This document shows positions 11,891-24,930 of a DNA stretch of 64,000 nucleotides, one piece after another; the stretch's first letter is position 1, and each line of letters begins with the position of its first letter. Made by a program: the position numbers and the translations under genes. Source of the stretch: Octopus vulgaris (taxonomy: Eukaryota); NCBI GenBank assembly GCA_951406725.2, contig OX597825.1:16616001-16680000 (forward strand). Reading direction: 5' to 3'. The notes under the pieces were generated by a model. That model made no database searches. It was not told where the DNA came from and saw nothing but the letters and a program-made list of their open reading frames with translations.

Positions 11891-13375
11891 ATTAAACGGC
11901 ATACTGATCAATTAGAGCTTACCCGATTTAAATTGGGGCCCATGAGGACATTAACAATACGTTTAGGTGAAATAGCTATAAGTGCCAGAGATGCACCACC
12001 GGGGCCGTTGAATCGATTATGCTTCCGCCGTTACAAATTTATCAGCGAGTGCAAAGTTATGAATTCAATATATAATTTCGAAACACTAAAGTAACTTTCT
12101 AGTTTGGAAGAATAAAAAAAACATTAGCTGGAAACCTGTCAGACTTTTGTTTATATATTAAGATATACTCATCTGAATCTCATTTAATTCTTGCACATAG
12201 GTGTCGGATTATTACATTTACACAAGACAGCTGATATTGAAATTGTTGCCATGATTAATAAGAAGAAAAAGAAAATCCCGAACTAAAATCAATATTTGTA
12301 TATAAGAATAGGAAAAATATAACAGCCAAGATTTTTAAACTTTGTTAAGTCCTCAACTTTTCGTACACGAGAAGGTTATCAATGTGATGTGGTTTATAAT
12401 ATCCTTACTGAGAGACGTTCGTTCTCGTTGCTATACTGTATCATTAAACTAAGATGAAAAGAAGAGGAAGGAGAAGAAAATAAGAAAAAAATACGAAGAG
12501 GAGAAGAAATAGAAGAACTAAAAAAATAATAATAAAAAGCCTTGTTTCACTAAAACACTAAGTGGCTCTTTGAAAAGCGCTGTTAAAGGAAAGTAAGATT
12601 TGGTACACAAACATTACGAAAAGGCCAAGCTAAACAGAGAGATCAAAAGTATATTGTTCGATTAGTAGTAATTTTAGTCGTTATTTTTCATTGCTGAGAA
12701 GAAATCAATAAGGAAAAATGTATTAAAAGAGTTATAACTGCAGGCAAACGCATGCAACTGCATCACGAATCAAACAAGATAGTGAAGTAAAATACCAAAA
12801 GGATAAAACAGATTTCTATTAGAACATCAAAGATATATTTTTTTTCCTTTAATTTTTCTTTAATTTCAAATTCAGTTGATTTTATTTCTCTCTCACGTTA
12901 ATGTCGGACTGTAAAAAAATAAGATTCCTACTACTACTACGTTTAAGTTAGGACGTAATAATTGTCACTAGTTTATAATAACCTAAAAATCAACAGACCA
13001 ATGTAACTAACCACAAACAAAGAAAGCATTTATATTGAAGACAAATCAAGGGATCCGTTTAAGAGAAACAGAAGCCAACAAACTAAATATAATTAATAAA
13101 GATAAGTCATTATTTGCGCTGTTAATGGTGAGATCTGAAGCGATTAATTTTACATTTAGTTTTAATACGTTCCAGTACATTCGAATAAAAAATAAGTTAG
13201 TGACTGGTGTGTAGGTCACAGAAGAACAGTTTCTCACTTTTACGACGCAAATGCCTTCGCACCACATTCGGATCATTGGTGTAAGGGATTCTGGGACACC
13301 GGTGTTTCGATATATTATGTCTTCTCAGTAACAATTACATGAAAATTTGAGTCTAAACAAGAGCTGGCGGGACTG

Positions 13376-13777
13376 GAAATTGGCACAGCAAGATTGGAAC
13401 TTGGCACAGCGGGATAGGAACTTGGCACGCATGCGTTAGATCCGAGATCTAAACTCGGAACGCAAATAGTTTAAGAAACACACAGCAAAGAATCCTGTGC
13501 GCTGGTTCAGCACACAAGATTAGTACTTCCTTCATTGATCTCGTTAAGAATGAAACGCAATGTATTCGCTGGCCGGATTTGAAATCAAACTGCAAGAAAC
13601 CGAGTGGAAAAGTATTTAGGTTGTAGGGCAATGTCTGTGTGTGTGCGTATGTGAGTGAGTGTGTGTATTTGTGCGTGCGTATGTATGTGTGCGCTTGTGT
13701 GTGTGTATGAACAGCGCCATGATCATCCATCAAGGGCTCAAGACGGTTGCGGGATCTAACGCATGCGTGCCAACTTG
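13376..13777. mobile_element. Candidate MITE/foldback remnant with a perfect 22-bp inverted repeat
   Basis: TTGGCACGCATGCGTTAGATCC (13422-13443) / GGATCTAACGCATGCGTGCCAA (13752-13773); three ~21-bp tandem units GGAA(A/C)TTGGCAC at the left end. No TSD identified. Confidence 0.5.
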
Positions 13778-13780
13778 TAC

Positions 13781-13946
13781 TGGCCTTTGCCCTTCCATTG
13801 AATAATAGCAGCAGCGTGGAGAGGGAGGCCTCTATGTATCGGTGACGGTTGGTCTTCCATAAAAAACCTTCCCTGGACTTGTGCTTCGGAGACTAAATTT
13901 CTAGGTGCAATCCTATGGTCATTCGTGACCGAAGGAGTTCTTTACT
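13781..13946 (+). mobile_element. 3' portion of a further SINE-like repeat (Nin/Deu-domain-like body)
   Basis: tggtcttccata..ccttccctggacttgtgc..ctaggtgcaatcctatggtcattcgtgaccgaagg recalled as a SINE body/tail; ends at a (TA)n. Family assignment from memory only. Confidence 0.4.
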
Positions 13947-13947
13947 C

Positions 13948-14017
<70 letters not shown>

Positions 14018-14177
14018 GGACGTCCGTTGCAGTCTAGTCTGGATTTAACATTCTCTATCTTAGTCGTCCACGTTCATTTTTATCTTCGTTGATCCTAACT
14101 TAGAGAATGAGATGTGTTCTATTGTTTGTTTCAGGCATCATAGAGACTAGCGTGCAGTTCCTTGACTTCTCTTTTTA

Positions 14178-14355
14178 ATGGCGGTGCCCCAGCATGGCCA
14201 CAGCTCGTGAGCTGAAACTAGATAAAATAAAATAAAAAATAATATATACATATTACTCCACGGTGATGTAATAGAAGACACTTGCCCAAGGTGCTTCATG
14301 GTGGAAATGAACCTGAAACCATGTGGTTGGAAAACGAGTTACTTAAACATACAAC
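14178..14355. mobile_element. SINE fragments: family A-related tail (+, 14178-14240) and family A head (-, 14270-14355)
   Basis: ggcggtgccccagcatggccacagc..ctgaaactagataaaataaaa; atagaagacacttgcccaaggtgc..gaacctgaaaccatgtggttgg. Confidence 0.7.
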
Positions 14356-15068
14356 TATATCTACACCTTTCTATAAATAGCCAGCCCTAGATACTTCTGA
14401 TCATAAACCTATGTAATAATGACTGAAGTAATACTAAAATATTATTACACAGACGTTTTACTTTAAAAACGACGAATAATTATTCTTGTAGAGATGTGTT
14501 AATTCTTTCTGAGAGCAAATGCTCCAAATCCCGGGAGAATCGACGTTGGACCTCGCTAAGCTTACCCAAATGTATCTCCTTAATATGAAATATTCAGTGG
14601 TGTTCAAAGCTAAAATCACAAATGTTGGAGAGAACCGTATGTTTTAACGATATTTTAGCTTCGATGTAGAGTACACGTGTAGTTTGTGTCTGTAAACATT
14701 CAGCAAGTCACGATATGCTTTGGGAATGAACGGCATTTTAAATTGCTTCGATTTTCCCTTGTATTCCCACTTGATTCTCTTATATCATACATTAGAATAC
14801 AATGCTCTCTTTAAAGATTTGACCTGGAATAGTGAAACAGCGGGGGCTGTCTATCGTTTACTTCACCGGAGGTTATTCATGTGTTTTACATAAGAACTGG
14901 GATTTAGGTTTACTCAGTGCAATGCTGACAAATACACGCAGGTTTAATAGATACGACAAAACTATATATAGCAATGTAAGTAAATATTTTAGCATGTAAA
15001 AGCTTACTTATGTTTACTAGTGACATAACTCGCGGTACCATATATACAGTGTTTACTTTAGAACAAGT

Positions 15069-15234
15069 AGGCGTGGGAGTGGCTGTGTGGTAAGTAGCTT
15101 GCTTACCAACCACATGGTTCTGGGCTCAGTCCCACTGCGTGGCCCCTTGGGCAAGTGTCTTGTACTATAGCCTCGGGCCCACCAAAGCCTTGTGAGTGGA
15201 TTTGGTAGACGGAAAATGAAAGATGCCTGTCGTA

Positions 15235-15282
<48 letters not shown>

Positions 15283-15494
15283 TGTGTGTGTATATGTTTG
15301 TGTCTGTGTTTGCCCCCCCCCCAACATCGCTTGACAACCGATGCTGGTGTGTTTACGTGCCCGTAACTTAGCGGTTCGGCAAAAGAGACGATAGAATAAG
15401 TACTAGGCTTACAAAGTCCAGGGGTCGATTTGGTCGACTAAAGGCGGTGCTCCAGCATGGCCGCAGTCAAATGACTGAAAGAAGTAAAAGAGTA
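15069..15494 (+). mobile_element. SINE family A, full length
   Basis: Colinear with 9544-9980, with internal (TA)n(TG)n and a 6-bp deletion in acaaag(aataag)tcc. Confidence 0.95.
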
Positions 15495-16498
15495 ATGAAT
15501 AAATGCATTTTTATACACTGAACACTTTGTTTAAATCTTAAACAAATTAAAGCTGCAGGTCAATAATCGATATCGAAAGCTCATGTTTTGGTGTTATGAA
15601 AATGTCTCGGTATTCTACGACGCAGGTTTGTGCGAGTGGCATTTATGCTTCGGAGATGAGATTTGATTCGTTGAATATCAGTCAGATATTCTTTTAATTA
15701 AAAAATATACAAACTCTTCTCAGTTCACCCTGTATTTGTTCACATGAGCATTGATTAGGCTAATTTTATGAATCGTCACTAAATATTGATGTCTTTTGCA
15801 ATAATAAAAAAACATTTATAGCAGTGAGCTATAATTAACTAGTTGCTGTTTAAGTATAATTAATTGATAATTAAAATTCGAAACGGTTCGCACATTCAGT
15901 TGTTTAAGAATGACACTTTTCGTTCAAAATTTGTTGTAAGAAAAGGATTTTGTCGATGGAATTATACTTGTGAAGTTTATGAAAGTTAAGGGTAAATTTC
16001 TAAGAATATTTTCCTAGACCTGATGTAGAATAAAAGTTCATTTTGGTATAAAATAAACCAAGACATTCAATCAACCTTCAAAACACTCCCTCCCAAACGC
16101 AAGACTAAAGATAAATATATCAAAGCATGTATAACTGCGCTCTTCCATTGCATCTTCCTTCTCTGAATACAGTGTAGACTTTGTAGAAGTTGCAGAAGTC
16201 TACGGTAAAGTCTCTTCTGTGTAAGCAAGAAATAAAATATTCAAAGTACGTTTATCGATATGTCTTAATTACATGAGCTCTTTGTTATCCGCTTTTGAAA
16301 CATATGACAACATTTAAACAAATACGCCTTATGTAATGATGTATTTTCTCTGGATAGCTCTTTTGGGGTCTCAAACAAAAGCATCAGAAAAGAAACATTT
16401 CCATACCGATCTTACATACGTATAACAACAACATCATAATAGATATGGATAGTAGATATTAAGAAGGATTTCTTTTAATAATATTGTAACTATTAATA

Positions 16499-16712
16499 AG
16501 GCCGAGAACTGTGGAATCGTTAACATGCTGCGAAAAATGCTTAACCACATTCCGTCCATTTTTACGTTCCGTGTTCAAAAGCCACCGAGATCGACTTTGC
16601 ATTCCATCCTCTTGTGGTCGATAAAATAAGTACCATTCGAGTACTGAGGTCGATGTAATCAACATACCACACCCGCGGAACTGCTGGTCCTGCACTAAAA
16701 TATGGAATTAAT
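16499..16712 (+). mobile_element. SINE family B, degenerate
   Basis: gaatcgttaac..gaaaaatgcttaa..ttcaaaagccaccgagatcgactttgcattccatcct..gtcgataaaataagtacca..gtcgatgtaatcaac. Confidence 0.75.
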
Positions 16713-17005
16713 ATTGTAGTTGTTAATAGTGGTTATTGATAATTCGATGAATGATGGATTGCTAGAATTTGCGGATTGACTGGGTAAATTAGTGTTTAGT
16801 CGCCTATCTTAGGCTCTGCGTTCTAAATCGACTTTCCTTTTAAACTTTCTGGTGTACTTAAAACAAGTATTAGACGACCGTATATGTCGACTAAACTCGA
16901 TCAAAACATTTTCACATTTGAAAACTTGCGTCTGACTTTTATTCTTGAAGGTAACTTTCCGCCTTTTTGTCACTCATAGGTGTACACGTCTGTTTTGTTT
17001 AACGT

Positions 17006-17200
17006 TTACAACTGGATTGATGTTCTAGACACATCGCATGGGAGAATTATTACAATGTTCTTCATTTCTGTAAATAGCTGTTTCATTGTATGAGAGCTGC
17101 GTGTTTTGTACCTGCAACAAAATAGTGTATTGACCACCGAATTCATGCGTGATTCTCTGGTTTTAGTGGGTTTCAACAATTTATTTGGATACAATACATT
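17006..17200 (-). mobile_element. Possible very decayed pogo/Tigger DDE fragment
   Basis: SSHTMKQLFTEMKNIVIILPCDVSRTSIQL weakly resembles H.T..V...L........IP...T..LQP.D. Confidence 0.25.
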
Positions 17201-17894
17201 ATGTCACCTACAGTTTTACTGTGGTTTGCTCGAGTCTATTCTAAATGGGGCTCGTAATTCCTAAAGAACATTGTTTTCATGGCCAGCATACTAAATACGC
17301 ACTTTGCGAGATTTCTGAATTGCAAATAGTTCCATGGTTAAGATGCAACAAAGTTTCACGCTGTAGGATTTCTGAATAATTGACAATTATTGTTTCATTA
17401 GCAGTAATTAACTGAAACACTGTCAAGCATTTCGCACCCTTCTTAAATTTAATAGCACTCATAAAAGCTACTGAAGTCGATAAGGCACCAGATTACAAGT
17501 AAATGTGTCCACAGTTGGAGTCCTGCCAGAGTGCTGCACTTCCGTAACAAACAAGAAGCTATGCAATCCACCTATCTATAACCAGATACAATATGGTAGT
17601 AAAACAATTTAAACGCTAAGCAGACAGACACTATTAAATTGTTGAGTGTTTTATTGGATTAATATACCGGGTCATCGTGTTGTTGTTGTCGCTGGTGTTG
17701 TTGTTAAGCAACAAGACGGGTAAGGGTGATTAGGTGATGATCTAGGGCTTAGGGGCGGGAGACGCCAGACCTTGCAAAAAAACAACTTTGGTCGTCTTGT
17801 TGTAGTCAAGGGCTCTTCGTTGACGCCAGACACCACTGGGAGGTGGCACTCGAAGTCGCTGGAAATGGAGATCTCTAGGTTCAAATTCTTCAAC

Positions 17895-18125
17895 GGCTGT
17901 TGTTGTTGCTGATGTTGTTGCTTAGCCCTATTTCAGTTTTGAGCGAGCAGACATATGATCAAATCCATTCCAAACGTGATCATCACATACGATATTTTCA
18001 ACCATAGTTCCTCAAGGAATATATTATTGAAAGTGTCCATCTACATCTAAGAGAGTAAATTGAAATTTTAAGGGTATAAAACCTCTATTTCTTACAAGTA
18101 AACGTATCCCGTAGAAACCTATTCA
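17895..18125 (-). repeat. Family D repeat copy with (CAA)n tail
   Basis: gttgttgttg..ttagccct..gagcagacatatgatcaaatccattccaaacgtgatcatcac is the reverse complement of the family D 3' end. Confidence 0.6.
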
Positions 18126-18167
18126 TTGGTCATACCGACTAACTTCTAATATAGGAGATTGTTTAAT

Positions 18168-18885
18168 AACTAAAGTCCTTCGTTTCTTATGGAGCATACG
18201 TCACCGACAACATTTCTCTACTGTTATCGACTCTGGTCTATCTTTTCTGCATCTTTCTTGCAGCTTCTTTTTGCATTCTGTTGCATTGTGTTATATATTT
18301 TGGTGAAGGAAGGAATTCTCCTCTCAAGTCTTCGCTTTGAATAGCCATTGAAGCTTCTGTAATTTGCCTTTTTTTACCTCTGGGACGAGGTAGTCAATAT
18401 TAGCCTGGACTCTATCTTTTGACCTGTTCTGCACGGGAGTCGCCACCAGGGGATTGCGTATCACTTCAGGGTAACTGATGTATACAAACCACGAAGCTGC
18501 AACGTGGTCTGGACCCTGTGATATACTTGTGATAAACCGTTGCCTCACTCAGAAGAGTAAGATCTTCCTTGCGTCTTCTTTTCGTATTTTGTTGCATTGT
18601 ATCATATTTCGCTGAAGGAAGGCCTTCCCCTCCCAAGTCTTCGCTTTGAATAGCCATCGAGGCTTCTGTAATTTTGGTTTTTGTTTACCTCTGGGATGAG
18701 ATAGTCCATATTAGCCTGGACTCTATCAATTGAACTGTTCTGCACGGGAGTCGCCACCAGGATATTTCGAATCACTTGTCTACCGTTAAGGGTTACTGAG
18801 GTACACAAACCACGAAGCTGCAACGTGGTCTGGACCCTGTGGTATACTTGTGATAAACCGTTGCTTCACTCAGGAGAATAAAATC
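18168..18885 (-). mobile_element. Non-autonomous bipartite RTE-related element with a tandemly duplicated ~315-bp body
   Basis: Minus strand shows an RTE 5'UTR-like block (ACCACGTTGCAGCTTCGTGGTTTGTGTACCTCAGTAACCCT...CCTGGTGGCGACTCCCGTGCAGAACAG...GATAGAGTCCAGGCTAA) twice, then an RTE 3'-end-like GTTGTCGGTGACGTATGCTCC...GAAGGACTTTAG. The duplication (~18251-18560, ~18562-18880) is directly visible. Confidence 0.6.
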
Positions 18886-19504
18886 AACGATCGTCGAGTT
18901 TCGTTATAACTTCAGAAGTAGTAATCATTGATAGATGCTTCTGTGTAAACAGAAGGAAACACAAAGAAACCACGATGAAGCCACTAAGTATATTTATCAT
19001 ACTGAATGAGTCAAATAAAAGATTGATTGACGCAAACCGTCGCAAATATTATCGGAGACCGTCTTTTGTTTATGATGTTTTTTTCCTGAAAAGTCACTTA
19101 GACTTAAATGTGGACAGAAACACTGCAGTAAAAGCCCCAAGCTGACGCCATTACTATTGCAGAAATTCGTTTTGGCGGCCATCAGACGAGAGTTGACTGG
19201 ATAAGTTTAGAAGCAATTGAAAGAAACTAAGTCTGTTAGTCTAAATAAATATTAACAATTTAAAATGTGTAGGAATACACATTCTGCTATTTTATGCCTC
19301 GTTTCACTGATTCTTCTTAGCGATCTCTCTTAATATAAACATCCACAACCATCCCCCGCTCCATCATTGTCATGGCCGTCGTCGTCGTTGGTATTCGTCA
19401 TCACCACCATCGCCAACATTTAAGCAGCGATTTCTTTTACTTAGGCATTTTATATTACAGCTTTCTACAGTTGCTCTTGCAGTGGTTGCTGCCGATGCTA
19501 CTGT

Positions 19505-19544
<40 letters not shown>

Positions 19545-19758
19545 GCTGCTGCACATGCTCTTATCGTATTTACTGTATGAGGTAAAAAGTTTAAAACTAA
19601 ATGTCTACGTAGATAACAAATCTAAACAGAGGATATAAAGAAGAGACGAGAGTGGCAAGTTTATTTCGTTTGTTTGAACTTCATAAAATCAAACCACTGT
19701 TAGTTAACCACTAAAGCGTTTATCGATTTTCATTTGAGGGAACTTTTTTATGGTCTAG

Positions 19759-19799
<41 letters not shown>

Positions 19800-20279
19800 T
19801 ACAAATCGTTGTAGCCATTGTTATTCATGTTGCAGTTCTCGTTGGTTTTTATTGTTGTTGTGGTTGTGGTTGTTGTTGTGTTTTGTGGTTGTAGTAATGG
19901 TATATATGTTTTTTTTCTTCTACTTCTCTCTCTCTCTCTCTCTCGCTTGATTCCGTGCAAATTTCTAAATGCAATTTGTTTGTTACTGTCAAGAAAATGT
20001 TACGTTTTTGTCTTGTATACAATTGAACAATACATCAATTTGAAGTTTGTAATAATTTCTTGTGAAAATAAATCTAATATAGTGGTTCAAAACAAGAAAA
20101 CAATAATTGCGAAAGTAAAAAAATATTGCATGTGTGTGTGTGTGTGTGAGTGTGCATATATGTATATATATATATATATATATACTGGAATGTAGGTAAG
20201 AATGCATATAGTTACAGACATACATACATATATATGTAAGTATGTGTATTGGTCCATGTGTGTGTGTGTGTGTATACAT

Positions 20280-20325
<46 letters not shown>

Positions 20326-21100
20326 AGAAAAAAAACTTACTTGGAAATATGTATATATGTGTGTGTGTATGTATGTATGCAGGGATGTAGGGTCTGTATG
20401 TGTGAATACATACGTACCCTACCTATACATTCATACACACACACACACACACAGACAGACCAATTTATGAGTATCCTGGAGTATGCGTAAGACTGCAGTC
20501 GAATATCTTAAGGCAAATTCACAGACATAGACGGATACATATTAACCGACATATGTACATACACGCAAATGTAGTTCCGTATACATACCTATATTAGAAT
20601 CTTAAGATTTTGGGCATAATATCCATCTTCAGCCCACATATAAATACACTTAAATCTTATGTAATATATACGTGTATGTAATATATATGCATAATCTTAT
20701 GTAATAAATATGTATGTGTCCAACAATATATAGATACGTGCATATATAGATATCCATATTTAGTAGGACGTTACATATGTAATATGGTGAGATTAAAAAA
20801 ATCGATTAAACGAGATTATCATAATAATTATTTGATAAAGTTCCTTGTAGGGTTATCTCAATCTAAACACAAGGTTCAAGAGAGATACATTGGAATGTAT
20901 CAGCTGGTTAAAATGTTTGAATCATTTAGACAATGTAAAGTCGAGGACAATGTAGTTTCAGAAATTATCTGGTGAAGCTCGTAGATAACTTTCTCAGTGA
21001 GTAGACTTCCTCTCCGGCTGATAAATCTCAGTGTCATAGTTGGCAAGTATGTGTGTGTGTGTCTGTGCACAAATACATGCATAATGAATATCTATATAGG

Positions 21101-21132
<32 letters not shown>

Positions 21133-21230
21133 TGCACATATATATATATATACGTATATATATATATATATACGTACATATATATATACATATATATATG
21201 TATATATATACATAAACACATATATATATA

Positions 21231-21513
21231 TCACCGTGACCGACCAGGCTATCAGATGTCGCTGGTCACAATGCGCTTGGCATTGTTTTAGCCTTTAAAT
21301 GACGCCACCCCACTGGCTAAGCGAGCAGGCCAAACAGAAAGAGAAAGTTGTGGCGAAAGAGTACAGCAGGGATCGCCACCACCCTCTGTCGGAGCCTCGT
21401 GGAACTTTAGGTGTTTTCGCTCAATAAACACTCACAACGCCCGGTCTGGGAATCGAAACCGCTATCCTACAACCGGGAGTCCGCTGCCCTAACCACTGGG
21501 CCATTGCACCTCC
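21231..21513 (-). mobile_element. SINE family C (tRNA-derived head), near full length
   Basis: Minus strand GGAGGTGCAATGGCCCAGTGGTTAGGGCAGCGGACT...GGTTTCGATTCCCAGACCGG with A and B boxes; second copy at 42657-42947. Confidence 0.9.
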
Positions 21514-21532
21514 GCACACATACACACACATA

Positions 21533-21581
<49 letters not shown>

Positions 21582-22690
21582 GATTTAAAGTAACACACGA
21601 GTTGATATGTGTAATGAAAATAGGACAAGGTAGAAAATGCTAAAATAATTTTATCATGAAGAACATTTTAGTACCGGTTTCAGACTTTGTGACTTGTTTA
21701 AACCATCTTTTAGTTAAAGATCCTATATGGGGAGAGAAGTATAATCCATGTCATAGACCTCAATATATCACAGGTAAATATATTATCGATTATAGAAGGA
21801 TAAAATGCAAGATCAATCTTTACGATGGAAGGATTCACATTCTTACCGCTATTGCATCGATTTTAGTCATCTACTGATCTCTCGTAATATATGAAATCAA
21901 AGTCTAACATTGAAACAAAGTCACGTAGCGTAGGGGAAGTGTTGTAATCGATGAGATCATAGTGTTAGCTCCGAGTAGTGTTTTTTTTTAATGCAGACCG
22001 GATCGAAGACTTAATCTATAAACTGTATAATAATATAGGTAAGCTAGTGTGTAATGACAGATTTTTTTCATAATTATTATAAGAAAACAATGCATAAGTC
22101 TTGTAGTTTTAATCAACGCGGAGATAAATAATTTTCAAAGCTTAGATTATGCGCTTGAAATACAGATTATTTGCTTCAAGAACAGAAAATAAAAACTGTG
22201 TTGGACAACATATATTACTCACGAGAGAAAAACGACGGAAAATAATTCAAATGAAGAACAAATCTATCAAAGTATAAATTGATGAAAATACACGTGAGAT
22301 ACCGTCGAATGTTGTTTATACACACACACACACACACGACAAACACATACACACACACACGCACACACACATATATATGGATCAAAGTAGTTTGATTCAA
22401 ATTCGTTGGTACACCGAGTTCCAAGAGTGATGCTAATCTTCAGCAATTAGGAATTTGAATTTGAATTTCCCAATAGCCCAAGATTAGCATTACGCTTGAA
22501 ACTCGGAGTGTCAACGAAATAGAATAATTCACAAGTGTTAACAAAAAATACAACCTATACGTAAGGCCAAAGGGGAGTATATATATATATATATATATAT
22601 ATACACCATGTGTACTTCGTAAACACCAGTCGTTTTTTTCTCCATCTCCTGTTGCCCACTTTGGGATCTTTCTTCCTCTCTCTTCCTTCT

Positions 22691-22735
22691 TTATGTTTCC
22701 GACGAAGAGCTCCGCTCGAAACATCATACCTTCCT
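22691..22735 (+). ncRNA. Decayed minimal hammerhead ribozyme-like motif (Penelope type)
   Basis: CCGACGA-A-GAGC tcc GCTC-GAAAC-ATC; U4 substituted and stem I not convincing. Confidence 0.35.
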
Positions 22736-22818
22736 GCTTCCATATTTCCTGAGCGCCTATTAATAATAATACTGTAATTGTTCCACTGTTGTTGTTTTTT
22801 TGTTTTCCCGTTTGGATT

Positions 22819-22883
<65 letters not shown>

Positions 22884-23229
22884 AATAAGCATCAGGATAT
22901 CAAATAGTGATGCAGTACGACCATTTCAAGCGGCTCTATTTAATTGAGCAATGCAATCATTACATCAATTGAAATGCAGTGTCATCATCAGCTGCACATA
23001 TAAATAATTAGAATTTTAACCAGTTGGACACATTAATATATTTTTCTCGAATATTTTAACAGAGCAAGAAGATGGAAAAAATTCCTGTTATCACTATTGT
23101 AGCTAAGAATAGACTACACTTCCAAGAATCGTATGAAGCCCATTCGGGTCATACTTACAAAGAACTGTGATTCATTTCTAATTCATCAATCTCTTCATTA
23201 ACTAATAAATATAAGACTAACGGACCGTG

Positions 23230-24930
23230 TCTGTTTAGAAAAAAGGGCAAGGGTGAGTTGACAGCTCATGGTCATAAATATCGTCATACGTTTCCCTTTT
23301 CCTCAAGGAGGAAAGAGAACATTAGGAGTAGTCAATTGGATATAGACTAACTGTCTATAAAAGGAGGCTGGGTAGGGGAAGATTCTAAATCATGATGTTA
23401 ATTACCAATTAAAAGGACAAGATGCTAATAAAATCTAGGATATTAATACAGAGGAAATTTTATCTTGGGGCGCTATGGATGATTGTTTATAAACAATATT
23501 GTTATGTTGTATAAAAATATAATTTAAGATTTAAAAAAAGATATCATAACCAAAATAGGTAAAATGCGTGTATACACGAATTATAAATCTTAAAAAGAAA
23601 GATTACATTGAATAATATTCATTCATGTACATAATTAATTACTTATTACGTAGTTTTTATAAAGAATGCTCAGGGCATTTACTTATGGAATACTGGAAAG
23701 ATAAACATACTATCTACATATTAATTATAAGCCATGAATCAGAAAAAATTAGGATGTGTACAGATACACATACAAATTTATATATGTGCATACATGCACA
23801 CATACATATTACACATATATTTATACGTTTATATGGATATAGTATAACCATCTCACATAGATTTAAGTAACTGAAAAGTATCTATTTACGAACAAGAAAA
23901 ATAACAATTTATAAGGGATAAGAGGTTAATAGGTTATGTGCATATATGCACATATATACATACACTAATATTTATACGTTTATATGGATATAGTATAGCC
24001 ACCTCTCATAGATTTAAGTGGCTGAAACATATCTACTTAAGAACAGTAACAGGTTAATAGGTAAGGATATCAAAATAAGAAAAGAAAATAACAATAATTT
24101 ATAGAAAATATATAACCTACATTTAAAGAGACAGGGGATTCAAGTTTGAGGTGGGGAAGAGATAAAGGTAACTCGAAAAGAGGAGGTAGTAGGTATGCAC
24201 GTAGTGAGGGCAGTTAGAGGTATTCAGACAGAAGAGGTTTTATAAGTTGTAATGATTTTATAGTTTCTAGGGGGTATATAATTAATCAAAAGTCTTACTT
24301 ACATAATGTCATTACAAATATACATAATATGATGAGGAGGGTAGAACATCATAGAAAAGAAAAAAATAGTGTAATCACTAAAACTATGATGGAGTCCGAC
24401 TAACTAGGAAGGAGTTATCATGGGATAATAATTACATATAGCACATCACATAACATAATATATAGCTTATAATATATGCAATGAAATTTAATTCACCATA
24501 TAACATAATATCCCATGATTTTATTACATTTAATGCTAGAATGTAAGTTTATAACGGAGACGACCACAAAATTATTTTCCACCATCAAAGTTCAAGTGTG
24601 GCACCTATAATCATTAATTTCGAAAGGACTTAAATGTACGGGTGACGCTATGCACGCATGATACCCTTAGGTCTAATCTATTATTAATCAGATTGTTCTT
24701 CTCTCTATACTTGAAAATCTCATACGTTTCCACAGAACACAGCTCACACCCGTATCGACTATCTCTACAAGGCTGCGCTTTCCGTATTATATCCCATTTA
24801 AGACTACATTCGAATTCTATCCCGCTTTCCTTCAGTTCCCAAATCTTGCTAGATAAGGACGTACAATTGGTTTTAGGTATGAGTCTAAAAGATGAAAAAT
24901 GGTTATTGATACGTTTTTCATATTCATCGG

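Noticed and set aside
4657-15734. CAGGGTG at 4657 and CACCCTG|TA near 15726-15734 as TIRs of one 11-kb element
   Set aside because: Similarity is limited to the 7-bp generic Tc1/mariner terminus; the adjacent TIR sequences differ.
17709-17802. 10-bp inverted repeat CAACAAGACG/CGTCTTGTTG with an internal GTGATGA
   Set aside because: Short, partly low-complexity, and no hammerhead GAAA or stem II geometry.
21430-21513. tRNA gene
   Set aside because: tRNA-like A and B boxes continue into a shared SINE body present twice in the window; no complete cloverleaf, so SINE heads and not tRNA genes (same for families A and B).
23285-23335. Hammerhead in the Penelope-like 3' UTR (minus strand hairpin plus GAAACGTA)
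   Set aside because: Core reads CTAATGT (two changes from CTGATGA) and there is no stem I; too degenerate to support.
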